From Balanoglossus misakiensis (lineage: Eukaryota; Animalia; Hemichordata), in contig CM082586.2 in assembly GCA_040954595.2 (NCBI GenBank), positions 10,819,337 to 10,883,336 of the forward strand: a stretch of DNA of 64,000 bases. The letters run 5' to 3'. Made by a program: the position numbers and the translations under genes. Of the stretch, positions 57,219-64,000 are shown piece after piece. The notes under the pieces were generated by a model that worked only from the letters and a program-made list of their open reading frames with translations, did not search any database and was not told where the DNA came from. How positions within the stretch are numbered: position 1 is the stretch's first letter; each line of letters opens with the position of its first letter.

Positions 57219-60200
57219 CCAGAGCACACAGTAACCAGGCCATAGTGGACAGTGTTCTGCCCATTAATTTTGAGTGTTTGGTGGGGTCAACATTTGCGTC
57301 AACATTAACCAGAGCACACAGTAACCAGGCCGTAGTGGACAGTGTTCTGCCCATTAATTTTGAGTGTTTGGTGGGGTCAACCTTTGCGTCAACATTAACT
57401 AGGCCAGAGTGGCCAGTATCGTGCCCATTAATTTTGAGTGTTTGGTGGGGTCAACCTTTGCGTCAACATTAACTAGGCCAGAGTGGCCAGTATCATGCCC
57501 ATTAATTTTGAGTGTTTGGTGGGGTCAACCTTTGCGTCAACATTAACTAGGCCAGAGTGGCCAGTATCCTGCCCATTAATTTTGAGTGTTTGGTGGGGTC
57601 AACCTTTGCATCAACATTAACCAGGCCAGAGTGGCCAGTGTCGTGCCCATTAATTTTGAGTTTTTGGTGGGGTCAACCTTGGCATCAACATTAACTAGGC
57701 CAGAGTGGCCAGTATCGTGCCCATTAATTTTGAGTGTTTGGTGGGGTCAACCTTTGCGTCAACATTAACTAGGCCAGAGTGGCCAGTATCGTGCCCATTA
57801 ATTTTGAGTGTTTGGTGGGGGTCAACCTTTGCGTCAACATTAACCAGAGCACACAGTAACCAGGCCGTAGTGGACAGTGTTCTGCCCATTAATTTTGAGT
57901 GTTTGGTGGGGTCAACCTTTGCGTCAACATTAACTAGGCCAGAGTGGCCAGTATCGTGCCCATTAATTTTGTGTGTTTGGTGGGGTCAACCTTTGCGTCA
58001 ACATTAACTAGGCCAGAGTGGCCAGTATCATGCCCATTAATTTTGAGTGTTTGGTGGGGTCAACCTTTGCGTCAACATTAACTAGGCCAGAGTGGCCAGT
58101 ATCCTGCCCATTAATTTTGAGTGTTTGGTGGGGTCAACCTTTGCATCAACATTAACCAGGCCAGAGTGGCCAGTGTCATGCCCATTAATTTTGAGTTTTT
58201 GGTGGGGTCAACCTTGGCATCAACATTAACTAGGCCAGAGTGGCCAGTATCGTGCCCATTAATTTTGAGTGTTTGGTGGGGTCAACCTTTGCGTCAACAT
58301 TAACTAGGCCAGAGTGGCCAGTATCGTGCCCATTAATTTTGAGTGTTTGGTGGGGGTCAACCTTTGCGTCAACATTAACCAGAGCACACAGTAACCAGGC
58401 CGTAGTGGACAGTGTTCTGCCCATTAATTTTGAGTGTTTGGTGGGGTCAACCTTTGCGTCAACATTAACCAGAGCACACAGTAACCAGGCCTTAGTGGAC
58501 AGTGTGCTGCCCATTAATTTTGAGTGTTTGGTGGGGTCAACCTTTGCGTCAACATTAACCAGAGCACACAGTAACCAGGCCATAGTGGACAGTGTTCTGC
58601 CCATTAATTTTGAGTGTTTGGTGGGGTCAACCTTTGCGTCAACATTAACCAGAGCACACAGTAACCAGGCCGTAGTGGACAGTGTTCTGCCCATTAATTT
58701 TGAGTGTTTGGTGGGGTCAACCTTTGCGTCAACATTAACCAGAGCACACAGTAACCAGGCCGTAGTGGACAGTGTTCTGCCCATTAATTTTGAGTGTTTG
58801 GTGGGGTCAACCTTTGCGTCAACATTAACCAGAGCACACAGTAACCAGGCCGTAGTGGACAGTGTTCTGCCCATTAATTTTGAGTGTTTGGTGGGGTCAA
58901 CCTTTGCGTCAACATTAACCAGAGCACACAGTAACCAGGCCGTAGTGGACAGTGTTCTGCCCATTAATTTTGAGTGTTTGGTGGGGTCAACCTTTGCGTC
59001 AACATTAACCAGAGCACACAGTAACCAGGCCATAGTGGACAGTATGCTGCCCATTGATTTTGAGTGTTTGGTGGCGTCAACCTTTGCGTCAACATTAACC
59101 AGAGCACACAATAACCAGGCCGTAGTGGACAGTGTTCTGCCCATTAATTTTGAGTGTTTGGTGGGGTCAACCTTTGCGTCAACATTAACCAGAGCACACA
59201 GTAACCAGGCCATAGTGGACAGTGTTCTGCCCATTAATTTTGAGTGTTTGGTGGGGTCAACCTTTGCGTCAACATTAACCAGAGCACACAGTAACCAGGC
59301 CGTAGTGGACAGTGTGCTGCCCATTAATTTTGAGTGTTTGGTGGGGTCAACCTTTGCGTCAACATTAACTAGGCCAGAGTGGCCAGTATCGTGCCCATTA
59401 ATTTTGAGTGTTTGGTGGGGGTCAACCTTTGCGTCAACATTAACTAGGCCAGAGTGGCCAGTATCCTGCCCATTAATTTTGAGTGTTTGGTGGGGTCAAC
59501 CTTTGCATCAACATTAACCAGAGCACACAGTAACCAGGCCATAGTGGACAGTGTTCTGCCCATTAATTTTGAGTGTTTGGTGGGGTCAACCTTTGCATCA
59601 ACATTAACCAGAGCACACAGTAACCAGGCCGTAGTGGACAGTGTGCTGCCCATTAATTTTGAGTGTTTGGTGGGGTCAACCTTTGCGTCAACATTAACCA
59701 GAGCACACAGTAACCAGGCCATAGTGGACAGTATGCTGCCCATTGATTTTGAGTGTTTGGTGGGGTCAACCTTTGCGTCAACATTAACTAGGCCAGAGTG
59801 GCCAGTATCGTGCCCATTAATTTTGAGTGTTTGGTGGGGGTCAACCTTTGCGTCAACATTAACCAGAGCACACAGTAACCAGGCCGTAGTGGACAGTGTG
59901 CTGCCCATTAATTTTGAGTGTTTGGTGGGGTCAACCTTTGCGTCAACATTAACCAGAGCACACAGTAACCAGGCCATAGTGGACAGTGTTCTGCCCATTA
60001 ATTTTGAGTGTTTGGTGGGGTCAACCTTTGCGTCAACATTAACCAGAGCACACAGTAACCAGGCCGTAGTGGACAGTGTTCTGCCCATTAATTTTGAGTG
60101 TTTGGTGGGGTCAACCTTTGCGTCAACATTAACCAGAGCACACAGTAACCAGGCCGTAGTGGACAGTGTTCTGCCCATTAATTTTGAGTGTTTGGTGGGG

Positions 60201-62284
60201 TCAACCTTTGCGTCAACATTAACCAGAGCACACAGTAACCAGGCCATAGTGGACAGTGTTCTGCCCATTAATTTTGAGTGTTTGGTGGGGTCAACCTTTG
60301 CGTCAACATTAACCAGAGCACACAGTAACCAGGCCGTAGTGGACAGTGTTCTGCCCATTAATTTTGAGTGTTTGGTGGGGTCAACCTTTGCGTCAACATT
60401 AACCAGAGCACACAGTAACCAGGCCGTAGTGGACAGTGTTCTGCCCATTAATTTTGAGTGTTTGGTGGGGTCAACCTTTGCGTCAACATTAACCAGAGCA
60501 CACAGTAACCAGGCCATAGTGGACAGTATGCTGCCCATTGATTTTGAGTGTTTGGTGGGGTCAACCTTTGCGTCAACATTAACCAGAGCACACAGTAACC
60601 AGGCCATAGTGGACAGTGTTCTGCCCATTAATTTTGAGTGTTTGGTGGGGTCAACCTTTGCGTCAACATTAACCAGAGCACACAGTAACCAGGCCGTAGT
60701 GGACAGTGTGCTGCCCATTAATTTTGAGTGTTTGGTGGGGTCAACCTTTGCGTCAACATTAACTAGGCCAGAGTGGCCAGTATCGTGCCCATTAATTTTG
60801 AGTGTTTGGTGGGGGTCAACCTTTGCGTCAACATTAACTAGGCCAGAGTGGCCAGTATCCTGCCCATTAATTTTGAGTGTTTGGTGGCGTCAACCTTTGC
60901 GTCAACATTAACCAGAGCACACAATAACCAGGCCGTAGTGGACAGTGTTCTGCCCATTAATTTTGAGTGTTTGGTGGGGTCAACCTTTGCGTCAACATTA
61001 ACCAGAGCACACAATAACCAGGCCGTAGTGGACAGTGTTCTGCCCATTAATTTTGAGTGTTTGGTGGGGTCAACCTTTGCGTCAACATTAACCAGAGCAC
61101 ACAGTAACCAGGCCATAGTGGACAGTGTTCTGCCCATTAATTTTGAGTGTTTGGTGGGGTCAACCTTTGCGTCAACATTAACCAGAGCACACAGTAACCA
61201 GGCCGTAGTGGACAGTGTGCTGCCCATTAATTTTGAGTGTTTGGTGGGGTCAACCTTTGCGTCAACATTAAGCAGGCCAGACAGTAACCAGGCCAGAGTG
61301 GACAGTATCCTGCCTATTAATTTTGAGTGATTTGTGGGTCAATTTGATCAAATACTGCCTACCGCTGGCACTGCATATTTGAAGAAATGTGAAAAGATGG
61401 CAAGACAGGTTTGGTAAATGTGGGCCCCCTAACTGAAGCAAAAGCACAAACTTAAAACAAAGATATGAATTTGGAAGAGTTTTATTTATTACATATGAAA
61501 AATAATGAAGACTTATGCTTCAAAGTAAGTATCGACGGAGTCGAACCGCCAATGCTGCAATGGCATTATACCCATAATACTTTTTTGCTTTTTGCATGAA
61601 TTTCATTATTTTTCATATGCTGTGCAGCTAAAGTGTGGCTAGATGGCTAACTGCTGATGTAAAATATCTTGCATACCAATTTGGAACAATTACCCCAAGT
61701 AGTGGTCAAACAGAAACAATGCTTGCATTCAATTTAAAACAAGGTGACAAAAGTGGTTGAAATGAAACAATAAGCAAAAACAGTGTTTATCAAACTGAAA
61801 TAATGTGGTCGAAATGAAACAATGAGCAAAAACAGTGTTTATCAAACTGAAATAATGTGCCAAAATAGCTCCTGTTGATATTGCACAAAATTAACTGTTG
61901 CATTCTACCCTTGAGTTAATTTTTATTTCCAGGCAATTATGTGCTTAATACTAAATATTATCTATGGGTACAAACCATCAGTTTCTTAAGTGCAAATCGC
62001 AAGAAGCTCCCCCATACAATTTTAGTGTTTTTTTAAATCAAGCAAGATAATTACATACTGTGTGATAAACTAACTAACTTTACGCGCCTGGGGACAGTTA
62101 AAAACCTCGAGCCAAATATAAAATGAGGAAAAACTGCCCCCTCCCCCGTTGTGAATTTTAAAAGGTTGGGGCTCAAACTAACCAGAATTGTCTTGCCGAC
62201 TCCTATTTTTCTGTGTACATTTTGATGTATTGTTGTTACGCGAGATTGAGGATTCGTGTTGATGCGGGAATTACGATGACGAAA

Positions 62285-62480
62285 GCAAAAAATCCATCGG
62301 CGAATCAAACGGGCACACGGCGAAATTCCATTACACGACGATCCAACTGCGATGAAGAACGCGAACGCGGGTAACGTTGTAAAAAATCCATCGGCGAATC
62401 AAACGGGCACACGGCGAAATTCCATTACATGACGAGCGACCTGCAATGAAGAACGCGAACGCGGGTAACGCTGCAAAAAA
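62285..62480. repeat. ~95-bp CpG-rich direct repeat, 2 units
   Basis: aaaaaatccatcggcgaatcaaacgggcacacggcgaaattccattaca...atgaagaacgcgaacgcgggtaacg occurs twice. Confidence 0.85.
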
Positions 62481-62906
62481 TCCGCAGACAATTATTACAC
62501 GAATGCATAGCAACAATTATTTTACCCAACCTGACACTAATAAATTACCCAATGATTTTAAATTTCTTATTATTACACCCCAACTAATCATTATACCTTT
62601 GTAATATTAACACCGTTTATACACATCCCATAATGTTTATACCATCAAGTTAATACCATTTTATTATTATTATACCACCAAAACCATGTGTTACCCATTT
62701 TTTTTATTATTACACCATTGATGTTAACATCTTTATATATTATACCGGTATTTACCCTCTGTACATGTACAGTTTTTATTTACCACGTGGCATTACTCAT
62801 GTTTTTATAGTATTTTAATTACTTATCATACCCTTGAAACCATAATATTATACCCTTGCAGACAGTTTTATTATAGTACCCTTGTGCACAATGTCTTATT
62901 AGTCAT

Positions 62907-63082
62907 CATACACCAACCCTTCACCATTTCATTAGATTATACCATTTTTATTAGCCTAACCTGTTTATACACCAACCCTTCACCATTCCGTTAGATTATA
63001 CCATTTTTTATTACCCTAACATATTCATACACCAACCCTTTACCATTCCCTCAGATTAAACCATTTTTATTAGCCTAACCTA
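62907..63082. repeat. ~59-bp tandem repeat, 3 units
   Basis: atacaccaaccctt(c/t)accatt...agatta(t/a)accattttt...cctaac. Confidence 0.85.
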
Positions 63083-63267
63083 TTGACAGCATCCCTCTGG
63101 TTTTGATATTGTTATCTGGTGCGGCGTTGTTGTAGATATTGATTAGACTCCCTCCGGCGATGATAATACCAATGAACCTATTGAAAAAAAAGAATGAATA
63201 TTATTTATTAGATCAGATCAACAAATCATGGCGTCGTTCATCCCTCTGGTCACAGGAGCATCATCTG

Positions 63268-64000
63268 GCGTCGTTACAGGTTTAAGTTCATCCCTCCAGT
63301 ACAGTATAAGGTGGCGGCGTCGTTACAAGTATTAAGTTCATCTCTCCAGTACAGTATTAGGTGGCGGCGGCGTTACAAGTATTAACTTCATCTCTCCAGT
63401 ACAGTATTAGGTGGCGGCGTCGTTACAAGTATTAACTTCATCTCTCCAGTACAGTATTAGGTGGCGGCGTCGTTACAAGTTTAAGTTCATCCCTCCAGTA
63501 CAGTATTAGGTGGCGGCGTCGTTACAAGTATTAACTTCATCTCTCCAGTACAGTATTAGGTGGCGGCGTCGTTACAAGTATTAACTTCATCTCTCCAGTA
63601 CAGTATTAGGTGGCGGCGTCGTTACAAGTATTAACTTCATCTCTCCAGTACAGTATTAGGTGGCGGCGTCGTTACAAGTATTAACTTCATCTCTCCAGTA
63701 CAGTATTAGGTGGCGGCGTCGTTACAAGTATTAACTTCATCTCTCCAGTACAGTATTAGGTGGCGGCGTCGTTACAAGTATTAACTTCATCTCTCCAGTA
63801 CAGTATTAGGTGGCGGCGTCGTTACAAGTATTAACTTCATCTCTCCAGTACAGTATTAGGTGGCGGCGTCGTTACAAGTATTAAGTTCATCTCTCCAGTA
63901 CAGTATTAGGTGGCGGCGTCGTTACAAGTATTAACTTCATCTCTCCAGTACAGTATTAGGTGGCGGCGTCGTTACAAGTTTAAGTTCATACCTCCAGTAC
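63268..64000. repeat. 50-bp tandem repeat running off the right edge
   Basis: ctctccagtacagtattaggtggcggcgtcgttacaagtattaacttcat, about 14 units. Confidence 0.97.

Larger units (their letters stand above)
44220..61330. repeat. ~17-kb satellite of 90-bp monomers with interspersed 73-bp variant monomers
   Basis: Monomer aaccagagcacacagtaaccaggcc(g/a)tagtggacagtgttctgcccattaattttgagtgtttggtggggtcaacctttgcgtcaacatt. The variant lacks 17 bp (aactaggccagagtggccagtatcgtg...). Confidence 0.98.

Noticed and set aside
44227-61330. Very long ORFs (up to 1,215 aa) on both strands of the 90-bp satellite
   Set aside because: A 90-bp monomer with a stop-free frame gives long ORFs automatically. The frames break at 73- and 91-bp variants, most starts are non-ATG, and there are no domains or splice context.
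44220-64000. CRISPR-like appearance of the regular repeats
   Set aside because: There are no unique spacers and no cas genes, and the context is eukaryotic; these are plain tandem repeats.

Overview
This is eukaryotic DNA, probably from a marine invertebrate (inferred from GT-AG introns, a CUB/Sushi/EGF gene and the transposon repertoire). It is mostly repeats and mobile elements. (1) 1-14.9 kb: a head-to-tail array (5,657-bp period; two full units plus one partial) of an Ngaro-type tyrosine-recombinase retrotransposon with gag-like, RT/RNase H and YR ORFs. It ends in split direct repeats B1-A2-B2. A 734-bp internal duplication breaks an otherwise single gag-pol frame, and a donor/acceptor pair would splice Gag in frame to the YR. 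(2) 14.9-35.0 kb: a ~78-bp AT-rich satellite split by an apparently complete 16.5-kb Helentron/Helitron2 on the minus strand. Its ~2,550-aa polyprotein carries a herpesvirus-tegument-like (C76-type) cysteine protease motif set, 21-aa repeats, HUH Rep, PIF1 helicase and AP endonuclease. It also carries a four-exon RPA70-like OB-fold/zinc-ribbon gene that the ORF track shows only as fragments. (3) 35.2-43.4 kb: eleven exons of an Uninflatable-like CUB-Sushi-EGF host gene with several disabling lesions and MITE-rich introns. (4) 44.2-61.3 kb: a 90/73-bp satellite with higher-order structure, containing a duplicated 831-bp TIR element with a 7-bp TSD. (5) A 50-bp tandem repeat at the right end. 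All domain and family calls are from motif recognition by eye; no database search was run.
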